DNA of 64,000 nt. Source: the human T2T-CHM13v2.0 reference genome, Homo sapiens. The first letter of the stretch is position 1; the number at the start of each line of letters is the position of its first letter. Below, in pieces: positions 1 to 20,820 of this stretch. Where the stretch lies: assembly GCF_009914755.1 (NCBI RefSeq), contig NC_060925.1; one strand, 5' to 3'. A program made the translations under genes and the position numbers. Below the pieces are notes generated by a model. It was not told the DNA's origin. It searched no databases and saw only the letters and a list, made by a program, of their open reading frames with translations.

Positions 1-264
<264 letters not shown>

Positions 265-267
265 CTG

Positions 268-4850
<4,583 letters not shown>

Positions 4851-5004
4851 AAAGTATTTATATGTAAATAGAATAGATGAACAGAATCTAGATCCAGATG
4901 CAAATCTGAAATCCATTCCCTGCCTGTTGAACTTTCACTTCTTCAGGAAACAAATTCTCTGCTCTTTAGCCCCAAACCTCTGCCATGATGGCAGTGCCCA
5001 TAGG

Positions 5005-7102
<2,098 letters not shown>

Positions 7103-7369
7103 ATCTAGCTTTTCAATAAGGGATTAAAACAATGATGACTCACTGTTGCAAGCAAGACTCTGATAGAAGACTTTGCCCATACTGATAAAAGGCAAGGCGA
7201 ATCCCTCTCAAACATAAGAGTAACTGAAATGAATATTCCAGCTGAACAGATATAGCCTACATTCAAATGAATAGAACATCTTTAGTCTCCTACAAGAAAG
7301 AGATCTTATTTTTGTCTGGTGCAAGGCATGATGTCTGTAAGTATGCTGAATGATTACCTGTCTTTCTAG

Positions 7370-7494
7370 ACCAACCCTGGAATGGTCCCCAGCCATGGAT
7401 TCAGTCCCAGATCTTATTTCTTTGACAACCCTCGAAGATATGACAGTGATGATGACCTTGCCTGGAACATTGCCCCTCAGGGACTTCAGGGAGG
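7370..7494 (+). CDS. GPR137B: GPR137B (TM7SF1) penultimate coding exon (exon 6): [41 protein letters not shown](G)
   Basis: Acceptor tctttctag|ACC, donor GG|gtaaga; 125 nt, phase 0 to 2; [14 protein letters not shown] is the conserved GPR137-family C-tail motif; joins in frame with 10294. Confidence 0.93.
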
Positions 7495-7787
7495 GTAAGA
7501 CCCTACTTCATGTTAGACAAGCCTCATCAGGAGGGAAGGGTTACACCAGTTAAATAGATTCAAGCTAAAAGAAAATTCCTACGTTAAAACTGTGCAGCCT
7601 TAGGTGGTATAAGACTGGATTCTCAGTAGATCATTTTACTTATGTGAAACATTCAGGAATGAGAAAGGACATCCGGTTTTTTTAAAGCCCCATAGCATTA
7701 TTGTATACAGTAGTGTTTCCTAAACAATATTCCATGAAACACTATTTTCTTAATAGTTATGCTGTGCAAAAGGAAATGATAATCAAC

Positions 7788-8171
<384 letters not shown>

Positions 8172-8369
8172 CTATGGAATCACTCAATGGAACATGATAT
8201 CTTTAATCACATGTTCTAAAGCTAGAGAGTAAATGCAGTAGTATTTATTTATTAGAATAAATTATACATTATAAAGGACCAAGTTTTCAAATTTGAATGA
8301 TGTCAGTTCTTAATTTAAAATTTCATTTACATGAAGGGTATTTATTTGGTCTCAATTTTCATGAATACT

Positions 8370-8610
8370 TATTTAATAAATACTTCTATAGCATCTACTC
8401 TGTATCAGACACTGTTCTAAGAGATTCACAAATATCAACTCATTTAGTCTTAACAGTCCTGAGAGGTCAGTACTATTATTAGCCTCATAATACAGATGAA
8501 ACTGAGGTATCTAGAGGGTAGGTAACTTGTCCAAGGTCACACAGCTAGCAAGTGATCAGGCTACAATTCTAACTCAGGCAGTTTTGTTCAAATTTGTTTT
8601 CTGAATCACC
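8370..8610 (-). mobile_element. MIR relic (others at ~9810-9990, 17450-17680, 21470-21600, 25880-26050, 45360-45595)
   Basis: MIR core acagatgaaactgagg...gtaacttgtccaaggtcacacagctag. Confidence 0.75.
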
Positions 8611-10293
8611 ATACTATGTAAACAGTTTGTATATAAGTACCCTGTCTCTTAGTCTCACCTACGCTTATGTTATACTTTCACGTGAGTTTTAATAGCAGGA
8701 GTCTCCTTCCTTGAATCTACATGCGGATCTGGCCCAGAAAATGTGGAAAGGGCAGTTAAATACTGAGAGTTCAAAGCAGCATACATAGAGGGTGTAAGAC
8801 AATACATGAACTACCAGTCCGCTGCCATCGCCTAATCTTCAGTGAATTGGGAAGGCAAATAAAAAGAGGGAAGCACCTGAAATTGCAACCATAGCAGAGA
8901 TCCACCCCAGGATTCCAAGTTTTGCTTACCTCAGCATGGGCATGGTCTGCAAACAGGAAGGGTAGTTGCTATTGGGATTCCCTTCCCTTTTCCTCAGCCT
9001 GCTGTGCTCAGCCATACTCCACTACCCGATGACTATCATGTTTCCCCTTTCAGCCTGTGGCTCTGAGACGGTGAGGCCAGCAGGGGTGAGAGGAGCCAAA
9101 AGGGCTGACATAGTGCCTGCCAAGCCTGTCTTCTCTCTGCTTGTCCTCTCAGGACCCCCATCCTGTTCCTGGGAAAGGGGAGCTTCTTAGAAAGTGAAAG
9201 GTTATCTTATGTAATCTTTTGTAAGATTAAAGACTTAGCATTAACAACTTTACAACTTTTTTCCCTCTGGGATGAAATGATAAAAAATATATGCTTGCCT
9301 TTTTACTCCTTGTTAGTAACAGTGAAAGTCTTTAGAAAACTTTTTAAGAGAGCTCTGAAAAGAGTCCTTGTTTTAGGGACAGAAGTACTGAAGAAAAGCT
9401 GGGAGAATACATGCTTTCTCAGTGATCGGGGAGCAGAGAAATCCTGGTCAGATAGGATAAAAGATTGTCGCTGAGAAAAAAGAAGAAAGCTGCCCAATGC
9501 GCTGAGCCAGCAGATGTAAAGAACGTAAGCTGGAAGCAAGCCAACAAACAAGAAGGACTTCTTGAAGTCAAAAGCTGTCCTTTGGGTCACTCAGATTCTG
9601 AGCTCCACCTCTTCCTTAAAACTGTTCTTTTCCAGTTACCCCACTGCATCTCCTATTAGTTGCTTTCCCCTTTAAACCCATATTCTGCTAGAGCTGTCCC
9701 ACCCTCTCACCTGCCAGAAATGACTTAGAGCTGAGGGAGTCCTCACTACCGATATGGTGAAGACAAGACCCCCTTTCTACTACATAGAGGAACATAATTA
9801 TAATGAAAACGACTTACGTGTATTGAGAATTAACTATATATTAGACACTGTTCTAAGCACTTTACAGATGTTAACTCAGTCCCCACAATAGGCCCACGAC
9901 GTAGTTACTAATATTACTCCCATTCTAAGATGAGGAAATTGAGGCATAGAAGTTACTTGTCCAAAGACACCACCACAGGTTGTGAGCTGTACTCCATGTT
10001 AGGATTCAGATGCAGTTTGTTGCTGAAAACATTTCCTATGCATAGTGACTGGCTGGGTTCTCTAGTCATGCTGTATACTCTGTGCTCTAAAGAGTTCAGT
10101 AGAGTTGTCGGTGGGCATTTCAGCCCTGTGTGTAGCATGGTTTTGTGGGAAAATGGACTTTAAGAGCCATTTAAAAGAACTTTAGAGTTATCTATAGTTT
10201 ACACAAAAATCTCAGCTCTGTCTACCTAAACTAGACTATGTCATACATACTATATAATGTTTCAAGTCACTGAAATATTTTTTTCTTTTTAAG

Positions 10294-10402
10294 TTTTGCT
10301 CCAGATTACTATGATTGGGGACAACAAACTAACAGCTTCCTGGCACAAGCAGGAACTTTGCAAGACTCAACTTTGGATCCTGACAAACCAAGCCTTGGGT
10401 AG
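10294..10402 (+). CDS. GPR137B: GPR137B last coding exon (exon 7): (G)[35 protein letters not shown]
   Basis: Acceptor ttttttctttttaag|T; GG+T=Gly; stop TAG 10400-10402; matches recalled C-terminus. Confidence 0.92.
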
Positions 10403-11150
10403 CATCAGTTAACAGTTTTATGGACGATTCCTCAGATGAAAAGCTTCAGAAAAGCATAGTGACAGCTGAATTTTTAGGGCACTTTTCCTTAAGAAATAGA
10501 ACTTGATTTTTATTTGTTACAGGTTTCCAATGGCCCCATAGGAATAAGCAATAATGTAGACTGATAAACCCTTATTTTAGTACTAAAGAGGGAGCCTTGC
10601 TATTTCAGTGGGTATAATTTAAACTTTTTAAAGAAAATCTGTACTTTTATAAAGATGTATTTTGTATAACTTAAATAATAATGCTAAAGTATACTAGGGT
10701 TTTTTTTTCTTGAGAATGTTACTGCAATCATGTTGTAGTTTGCACAGACTTTTATGCATAATTCACTTTAAAAATATAGAATATATGGTCTAATAGTTTT
10801 TTAAAGCTTTTGGACTAAAGTATTCCACAAATCTTACCTCTTTAGGTCACTGATGGTCACTCCGATTCTGAGTGCCACATTGGTAGACTCCTAAAATACA
10901 GTTGACAACTTAGCCAATTGCAACTCCAGTGTTGATAATTAAAATGAAATGGTAAAGCAGCAGACTGTAAGGTCTTTAGAGATTTTTTTTTTAAGGTTCA
11001 GGCCGTAGGTTCCTCAAGGAATCTCTTAAGTTTTGCCCAAAGACTGGTACTTCCTTTCAGTAGGGCGCTAATGTATACACATTAATGATAAGTTGATAAC
11101 ATTAAAAATGTAGCTGACTTATCCTATTAAACCTCCTCTGCTATGTTCAC
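10403..11150 (+). other. GPR137B: GPR137B 3' UTR (end approximate)
   Basis: AU-rich unique sequence; ATTAAA at 11101-11106 and 11126-11131 followed by a U-rich tract at 11163-11172. Confidence 0.7.
11101..11131 (+). terminator. GPR137B: Candidate GPR137B polyadenylation signals (two ATTAAA)
   Basis: ATTAAA x2 with downstream U-rich element. Confidence 0.6.
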
Positions 11151-12618
11151 AGATTCTGCATAGTTTTTTTTCAGCCTAATGAAATCTAATATGCATTACC
11201 TCAGGGCCACATCAAGAATACACCCCTTTCCGAACTCACTGAATGTTCATTACATTCAAGGAGAAAATAAGAGGGTCCATAAAGGGCATTAATAACAAAT
11301 ACCCCAAGCCGTTGAGCTAAGACTATGTGGAATCCTAATAGTTTTTTCCGTAATCTCCAACTATATTTAAAATAATGCCCTTCTAAATAGCTCTGTAAAG
11401 AGCCTATTGGAAGCTGCACATTTAAAAATGGCAATAGCACTGCAATATGCTGTAGCATGATGCCTGTCAGCCATGTTCCAGACAATTCCTTGTAAGTCAT
11501 CTTTCATTTAAGTAAAAAACAGGTTATGAAGTACTGCCTCCCAGACCGGAAGTGCCATTCTAAAAACTCCACTATATATATCCTGGAGCCATAAAACTGC
11601 CTATTGGGAGGCTAAATGCTCTGCTTTTCTATAAAACAGAGATAAGGTTCTAGAGGAAGTACTGTTACCAGAAACAAGGCACGTTTCTTCTCTGCCTAGG
11701 AATGCTCATCTGGGGACAGAGGGAAGGTTCAATGAAAAGGAACTTATATTAACAAGTCCTACTACATGATGCAACCCATTTCAAATGACTCCTCTCATTT
11801 TGATCTTCAGGAATAACTGATCTCTGGGCATTGATTTCACAGATGAAGTCTACTATTGTTTTGGTAGTATTTAAAATTGGGATCTCAAGTTTCAAATTGA
11901 TCATCATTGGGCTTTTCATGTGTATAGAACACCTTCACTCTGCATAATCCTACATAACAACATTCTTGTCTTCTAGTACATGAAAAAATTGGGGTAACAT
12001 AGCATTTAAAGTAGTTATCAGGGAAAAGTCTATACTGAAGTGAACCCTACACTGTTATTCAAGTTGCCTTAACACATTATAAGCTATTATTCTAAATAGC
12101 TTTAACAGATTATTGTGGTCACACTGTATTACTAATAGTTAATTTAAAGGCAGACTCAGCATGTTTTAAACTCCTTTAAGTTACATCTTCAGAAAGTCCT
12201 GAAGTCCTTCAGTATTAGGTCAGCTAAGGGAAGATATATTTTTAAAAATAGTGATAAGACTATCACTAATATCATACTCATCCTGTAATATGTAAACACA
12301 GTTCTGTTGTTACTGGCAGAAAAATTGGAATACCCAGCATTAAGTGAGAGAAGTCAGCCTACTTTTATGATGAAGCTACTGGGATTTATTTGAACTATTA
12401 TTTTTGTTAGATAGTATAAAAATGTTCTAAGTGCCTATTTTTCTCATTCCCCTTTTAAAAATGTAATGCTAAAATTTCTAGAAGTGTTGTAAACACGGAA
12501 TACAAAAAAACTATGATTGATTACTCAAACTCTCCTTCCTTCTTAGTAAGGAAAATTAAAATTCCCTTTGGCTTTCTAATTTACTTGTTCTACTAGGTAC
12601 ACTAACAAAACTACTTCT

Positions 12619-12948
<330 letters not shown>

Positions 12949-15769
12949 CTAAGAGGAAAAGGAATGGTGATTACTGGTTGCAAAATACCCAAATGTCCTC
13001 TTGTTTTAAAGCAACACGATGAAATTAAAGCCCTGATGATTAGAAAGTTGAAGTATATGGGGAAGAGGGAATCACTGAAAATTTTGTGCCATCATTTAGC
13101 TAAGTCTGATGGAACACTGAAAAGTTTCATGTGAACGTTTCTGGGTAACTGTTGGAAATAGTTTCTCTGACTATTGGAATAGGTGTCTACCTCTGCAGCT
13201 AATTGTCTAAGAATATTGTATAGATATTTTTCATTGGTTCTTTACCCTTTTTACAATGAACTCAGTTGAGCTGCTGATTAAAACATCTAGGGTATGTTAC
13301 AGAGTTGTGACTGTAAGAAGGTTTGACTATTACAATATACACATCAATCATATTTATACCAATTCTCTCTTGAATGTATCAGGCAAATTAAAAGCTTTGC
13401 TGGTTAAATTTAGCTACTTAGATAAGGCACACTCACTAATGCCTCCTCAAATTTCCTCTTTCACCAAAATCCAAGTCAGCTGCTCTTTGTTGACCTTAGT
13501 GCTGGGCCAACACCTAGTTGAACACTTAAACCTTATTAAGAAGAAAGGAATACATATTAGTAAACCCTAGAACTTGAGAAGCACTGTGAGAAAAAGGTTC
13601 TCATATTTACATAGTGGATATTACTTGCTTTTATCTTTTAACAGTAAAGGTAAACTTATATTAGAACTAAATGGGTCTAAATATTTGAAACTTTTATCGA
13701 GATTTCCAACTAGACAACCTTTATCTAAAAAATACCATTCTTTCACTTTAGATTGTTGCATGAGGAAGAGACTAGCATAGATCTGATCAGAGACACATCT
13801 AATATGCATTCCCAGTTTTCATCTTATATGAGAATTGTATTAAAGGACATTTCTAACTGTATACTATCATGCTACTTAAGACATGGGTCCAGATGGAGGA
13901 GCTGCTGAAAAGGATCAGGCTAAAATTGGGGAATTTGTCTCATCAAAAAGATTCAATTAATAAACGGATTAAAGTGAGGAAACATTTAACAAGGAACAGT
14001 GAGGATAAGAGAGTGGGATTCAATGTCTATTCAGTACCTATTATATGAGAGACGCTGGACTAGGCACTCGTCACGTTTCTGTGGATCCTAGTCTATACTC
14101 AGGAACACCCACTTATTAACGTTACTCTAGGCCCTTAGCAAGGATACATAAGAACTCTTGCACCAAGGGTCAAAATACATTGAAGTCTTCTGAGGATGTC
14201 CCTGTGCCCATAACCTAGATCTGTGTCAGAGTCCCTGTACCTGTTGCCCGGTTCCTATGGGCCAGGGCACTGATACTACATGCCTTCCGTGTGGAGTTCT
14301 GAGATTGGCTGCCCAGGTCATTAATTATGGGTTCAGGGTTGTAAGATCTAAATCCAGTGACTCAGCAACTCCTAATGACATCTACCTGGTTCCTCCAAGT
14401 CTGGATTCTCTACCTCTAGTCCTTGAGCTATGGCTGGACCCTGTCTTCTGTTTTCTCAAACTGATTAACATCTTGCTAATACTAATTCTCTAGCTCCAAA
14501 CCTGGTCTGCCCTTTTGGACCTTGGATGTCCTACCACTCAAAATATTAGACTATGTCCAGAACAGATTTTCTGCCCCTGAACTTAAGTGGAGATCAGATG
14601 CCTATAAGATTCCCAAAATTGCCCCCTTTTTCTATTGATTCCTGTTACTATGACCTTTTCCCCATGAATCGCGCTAACCTACAACAGTCCCTCCAGTCTC
14701 TTGGCAGGCCCAAGTTACAGTGCTCCTTGAACGGATTAACTGCATTAATGGATTAGCATGCATTTATCCTAAACAAATAGTGCTTTACCAGGGCCATTAA
14801 ATATGTGTAACTTAGTATCCTTTGAGTGCTATCTCCTTGGTGAATTCACTAGCCAAGAGTCTGGGCTCCAGGTTTGCAGGTTTAAGCTCATTAAAGGGAA
14901 CAGAACACACACCCATTTGGAGGTATATTCTATGAAGGAAAGCCATAGCAGAAGTTAAATGATACCAGAATGTTGCTTGGAATGTTAACTCCGCTCTGAC
15001 CAGTGTTAGGGGAATGACTTTAATTGATTAATAGCATCAATCTATGACAATCTGATGGCATTGTCAAGACAACACTAAGATTCATTCATGTTGAGGACAC
15101 CTTCTGCACTAGATGGGTGTCTAGTTGGCCATTTCCCTTTGGTTGATGTATTTTTTCTTTTGGTGCATTCTCACTACAATCTAGGTAGGTTATAATGTCT
15201 TAAGTTATATGATGGCAGGAATGTTTGTCTGTTTTGTTCACTGCTATAGTCCCAGCTCCTATAACAGTGAATGAATAGTCAAATCCTGTTTTTTGGTAGA
15301 TGTCTGCTTTTTTTTTTTTTTCCAAAGTAACTTCTTGTACTTGCACTTTTATCCACATATTGATTTTACAAGTTTAGTACTTATTTAAGGGTCTCTCCCT
15401 CTTGTCTTATGAATCTTTGACAGATATCCAACTTTTGGGCAAATAATTCGTAATGGAATAAAAAAAGAAATAGGGATTTTACATGAGAACAGTCCTTAAA
15501 TCATTCCTAGAGACTATCTTAAAATAGAAGCACTGAGATGACATTCTTTCCACACAGGCATTGCATCCTGCCTCTATCTGCCATCACCTGTTTGGGCACT
15601 GCCAAATAGAACACTGTAATAATTTAAAAGTAGTAAAAAGTGTATCTTTATCAGGTAAAGTATCAAAAGAACAGTGACAAAATAAGTGGTTAAAAGTGCA
15701 ACCCTTGGGAGAGAACTTGAGTTGGACAGTTTTAGTATGCTCTATATGTTAAGAATTTTTTAAAGCTCA

Positions 15770-17337
15770 TATGGAAAAATAAGAACAGTTAGAAAAACTG
15801 TTAAAAAAAAAAAAGGTGGGCAGGGGAGGAATGAGGGAGGACCAATGCACTAGATTAAAACTAAAGCCTGGGTAATTAAAACAATGTGGTACTAGTGCAT
15901 GACTAAATAGAGCAATGAAATAGAAACAGATACAGAGAAACAGAAGCAGATACACAGCTAAATACATATGACGGATTCTAAGATAAGATCAATGTAGCCT
16001 CTCAAACTCGTCAGGAAAAAACAAACAGTTCAATAAATAATATTGGAACAACTGGGTTAATCACCTGCGGAAAAAATTAGGTTAGATCCATAACTTATAT
16101 CTTATGCCAGAATATGCTTCAGAGGTTCAAAATTTAGATGTAGAATTTAGGTGAATTACTCTATTGCTCTGGATTGAGAAAAACATTCTAATTATGACTC
16201 AAAATCCAGAAACCACTAAAAAAACTGGTAATTCAGACTACATAAAAATTTTTTAAAACTCATGACAAAGCCATCATAAGCAAAAGACAGATGACAAATT
16301 GGAAAGAAAATATTTGCAACTCATTACTGTCAAAGGGTTCATATCCCTAACAAATAAACAACATATCAACGATATAGTAGAAAAATGGATAGGAACAAAA
16401 CAATATGGGAAACAAAAGGAAATACAAATGGCTCCTAAACATATTAAAAGGTGGTCAACCTTAGGCATAGTAAAAATTTACATACTGAGCAGTCAGGTGT
16501 GTGGCGTGCACCTATAAGCCAGGCTATTCGGGAGGTTAAGGCTGGAGGATCACTTGAGCCCACGAGTTTGAGGCTACGGTGAACTATGATCATACCACTG
16601 CACTCCAGCCTGGGTGATAACGTGGGACCCTGTCTCTTTTTTAAGGAAAATAAAAGAATGTACACATTGATATAAATTTTCATCTACCAGAATGGCCAGA
16701 ATCCAACATTTTAATAACATCTACATTGGTAATGTTGCAGGTTAGCAAGTACTATCATAAATTTTAGATGGTATGTGAATTGATGACTACCCCTATGAAG
16801 GACAATATGCCAATATCTTTCAAAATTATAAATGCACACAGTCTTTGCCCCCAAAATTCTTATCTTTGGGAATTTATTCTACAGGTACAATATTTATATA
16901 AATGTGAAATGACATATGTACAAGGTCTGGAAACAACCCAGCTGCCCATTAATAGAGGACGGGTTAATTCAACACTGGCACATTCACATAACAGAATACC
17001 AAGTATCTACTTCAAAAAATGAGAAAACTATCTAGTCATATGTGAAGACTGCCAAGAAATACTAGGTGAAAAAAATGAAGTCGTATGTATATGATGTCAA
17101 TTTTTGAGTAAAAATGAGAGAAAAAATAAGACTTTCCATTTGTATATGTTTGTACCTGTCTACAACAGTGTGAATGGAAACCTAAGAAACCAAGAGCACA
17201 GGCTATTCATGGTGGGAGATGAGTGTGCAGTGGAGGAAGCTGGGCCAAGGACACAGGAACACATTCACTGAATAACTTTTTATATTGTTTGTTTCTTTTA
17301 ACCATGTGAATGTATTACCTATTCAAAAAATTAAATA
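15770..17337 (+). mobile_element. Ancient L1M (MC/ME-like) 3' fragment with an Alu monomer at ~16490-16640
   Basis: Degenerate ORF2-end/3'UTR phrases ending attacctattcaaaaaattaaataa. Confidence 0.65.
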
Positions 17338-17364
17338 AGATAAGCATATTTTATAAGCTTTATG

Positions 17365-20300
17365 ATTCAATACAAATCAAACAATGCTTTTAATTGTTCC
17401 CACTTTGTAGCTGAATGGAAATAGGCCAACTTACAAAATGTCACAAAGGTTCTAGAATCAGTCTTTCTCGTCTCAAATTCTTGCTCCACAACCTAGAATT
17501 TGTGACTATGGACAGGTTACTTAGCCTTTTTTATCCTCAGTCTTCTTACTTATAAAACAGAGAAGTAATTGTACCTACCTACTAGTGCTATTGTGAAGAT
17601 TAACGGTGTATTCTTTTAAAGCCAAACTATGCATGTAAAAGCCCTTAATACAATGCCAGCCAATGCTTGCCATTATGATAAGAAACAACCTCAGACTACT
17701 TATAAATACATTTTCTCCCTTCTCCACAGGTTACAATCAAATTCTCATGCCATAAAAAGAAACACTTAAAATAGCGGGGAAAAACAAGACAGAAAAGATT
17801 GCAGAAACATGTACTTTAATTCACATTTTCTAGATTCTGGTGGGTACAACAGTAAATTATTTGGAATTCTGTTCAAAATCAAAGCTGCACCTGTAGATAT
17901 TCCTTAAAATACAGTACACATAGATTTGTGTGTGTGTTTTTTTACCAAATAATTTCCACGATACCATGCACCTAATCTGTGTATTTTGGTGAGTAGCTAT
18001 GGTTTCTGCAGGTACCTCAGTTTGCAAACTACTGAGAGGTTTACTGTGAACTGTTCCCAAATTTTCAGCTGAAGGCAATGCTGATGAAGATCAAAATAGC
18101 TGTCCTTTCTTATATACAGTGGCACATAGGCAAAGTTGAAAAACATGGCAGAGTTTCATATACATACAGAGATTACAAATATCGAATAATTCACAATGTT
18201 AAAAATGTCAAAATAAAACGTTTTGACTTATCAAATTTCAAAAGTGTGGAGTCTTATTCTGTCTGATCCTCCTCATAATCTAAGAATCAAAACAGGAGAA
18301 ACATTCAAAGTTTACCAATTTTAATATATAGTTTGTCTAACTTACATAGATGCCACTTAAGTAAAAAATAAACTTACGCCATTGAAGGAAGGAATATTTT
18401 CCTTTTCTTCATTTTCATTACTTCATCAGTGGGTACAATCATTTCTGTCAGTTATATTATCAAGTGCTGGGTTTTTAAATTAGGTGATGAGATAAAGACA
18501 AAATGCCAGAGCACCAGCAAAGCATTTTTACAATGCAAACAGTACTCTAGTATAATATCACTTCACGACAAAAGATGTGAATTGGAAAAACAGTTTAGAT
18601 CACAAGAACCATAAAATGTCACCAGGCTCACACAATCATTTAAGAAATAAAAACACATACACAAAAATGTAGGCTGCCCCTACAATCTAATTTATGATAA
18701 AATAAGATGAATTTCAGCCTAAGAATACTTCATTTATTTTCTTAGTTGTGAAAAAATTAGTTAAGAACCTTAAAAAGAACTTTTTACTCTAACCAGATCT
18801 TTTAATTTCCTAGAACATACTCTAATATACTAGTTTTCCTAAGCTTGAAACAAATCACAGTACAGAAAAAAACAATAAATGGACATGAGCGAGGATTTTC
18901 TCCAGTAAACAGTTTAAATAATAGCCTTTAACTGAGGGAGTGGTGAAATAACACTATCAAAAAGTTCTTTACATTTAGAGTGATAAACAAAGTGCAGATT
19001 TTTCACATCTTAAACTCTGAGTGAATACTAAGAATAATTCTTACTAATTTACTAGTTAAATTAATTGGATAGTCACTTTTTAGACAGTTTGCCTTAAGGC
19101 CCCCCTCCCCCACCATACAATACTTGCAACCCTCAAGAAAAAGTAGAGGAGGCTCCAATCAAGTCAGCCTTTTAAACAACTTAACAAAAAATACTACCAC
19201 CATCAACAACAAAACCCCAAGTTTATAAAGGTTTGAAATTAGGTGAGAAAATAAATAACTCTGAGACCTTAATACCCCCACCACATCCCACCAAGAGATG
19301 GCTAAGTATTTTTAAGAGGGGTGAGCCAAGCCAACTAAATACAATTTTTTAGATGTCACCAAATCATCAATGAACACATTTCAGACTTTGACAGGATAAA
19401 ATATGGATTTAAGAGCACTTATTCTTTAATTCAGAAAAGACTAAAGAGTCTAAGGAAAAACTCTAGATCTTGTACCTGCATTACTTCTACACAGATGCAA
19501 TCTTCCAAATTGTATCTGCTGACATTTAAAAAAAATCAAGATTTTAAATATTGTCTAAAGATTTTAAATCCCAGATTTAGAAAATGACAGTTTAGGACTG
19601 TTGGTATGAATCACAGAAAGTCCTCTGTTGGTATGAATCACAGAAAGTACCGTTTATATACAGTGAAAAGAAAAGGTGAGGGGAGAGTAAGCTTAAAGGA
19701 GGGTTGACCTAATCTACCTTTTTATATATCCTGTCAGGGAAAAGCACACTGAGTTCGAGGATTGCATAGATTGTATTCTAAAATAAATCCTTTAAAAATG
19801 CTTACTTTAAGTGAAAATAGCAAATTTTGTGTATATAATATTTTCAATTGGCATTATAAATTCATATAATCCCATTTAAATTTTATCAAGAAGTAATCTG
19901 TTAAATATTTCTGCAGTGTTTTCTTTCTAAAAGTAACTGACAATTTCCAAAATGTCTTTGTCCCTAAAATTTCTAGGGGCAGAGAAAAGCAAAATCAAAA
20001 GGAGTTCTAAGTAAAAGAACACTCTTGGGCCAGCCCATTACACACACAAAATCTGGCTGGGTAGCATAGGGGAGAGGTCTTGTTCACCTTTACCAAAGGA
20101 GGTCCTTTAGACTGGAAACAGCAACAATTACAGCAACTAAAAACTGCAAATAAAAACCAATGAAATTGAAGTCCTGGGGAATCTTCAGGAATTTCTGTAA
20201 CTATGCATTGAAAGGGCCATTCATCATGGTGACAGTTCCAGATTCTAGAAATATTATAGTATTTCTTTATATTATAGAAAGTGACACACACACAGTGAGG

Positions 20301-20759
20301 CAAGGGTAAAAACACATTAAAAAGCATTGATAAATTTTTCTCACTGACACCAGCCCTGAGCAACATTTGTTCCCTAGTTCTCCTTTTCCATAACAGACTG
20401 AACAGTGTTATTAGAATGCAGACATAGCCATTTAAAGTTTGACAACTGGAAATAAAGGATAATAGAATAAAAACAAAACCAATTCTAAAAAAAATAGAAT
20501 TTTCATTACATGAAAACATATGAAATTAAACACAAAATTAGTATAACTTACATGTTTTAAAAGTATATACTTCATTTATAAATATCTCTAGTTGATAATA
20601 ATCTATTAAGAATCATAAATATTCAAGTGAGCATTTAAATTTTCTATTTAATAGTTCAGAATTCTTGAAGTCAGATTAGTGTCTTTCTGATGAATGTCCA
20701 TAATTAAAAGGCTTTCCACAGTCACTTTATGTCTCTAGTTAGACACATAAAAGCCTTTA
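17365..20759 (-). other. ERO1B: ERO1B long 3' UTR (distal end approximate)
   Basis: AU-rich, mostly repeat-free; minus-strand ATTAAA at 17389-17394 and 17815-17820, AATAAA at 18733-18738. Confidence 0.65.
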
Positions 20760-20820
20760 TTACCTACTGTGTTGTAATAAGACTTTAAAATTCTGTAAGT
20801 CTCTTATACTTGTAGAAAGC
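20760..20820 (-). CDS. ERO1B: ERO1B exon 16 coding part: LSTSIRDLQNFKVLLQHSR*
   Basis: ttccatag|G; stop TAA at 20760-20762 followed by a second TAA; no KDEL-type signal, as known for Ero1. Confidence 0.96.

Noticed and set aside
7350-7553. 67-aa ORF over the GPR137B exon
   Set aside because: Off-frame reading of exon 6
20520-20762. Stop-codon readthrough linking ERO1B to the in-frame 3' UTR ORF
   Set aside because: Two consecutive UAA codons make readthrough implausible
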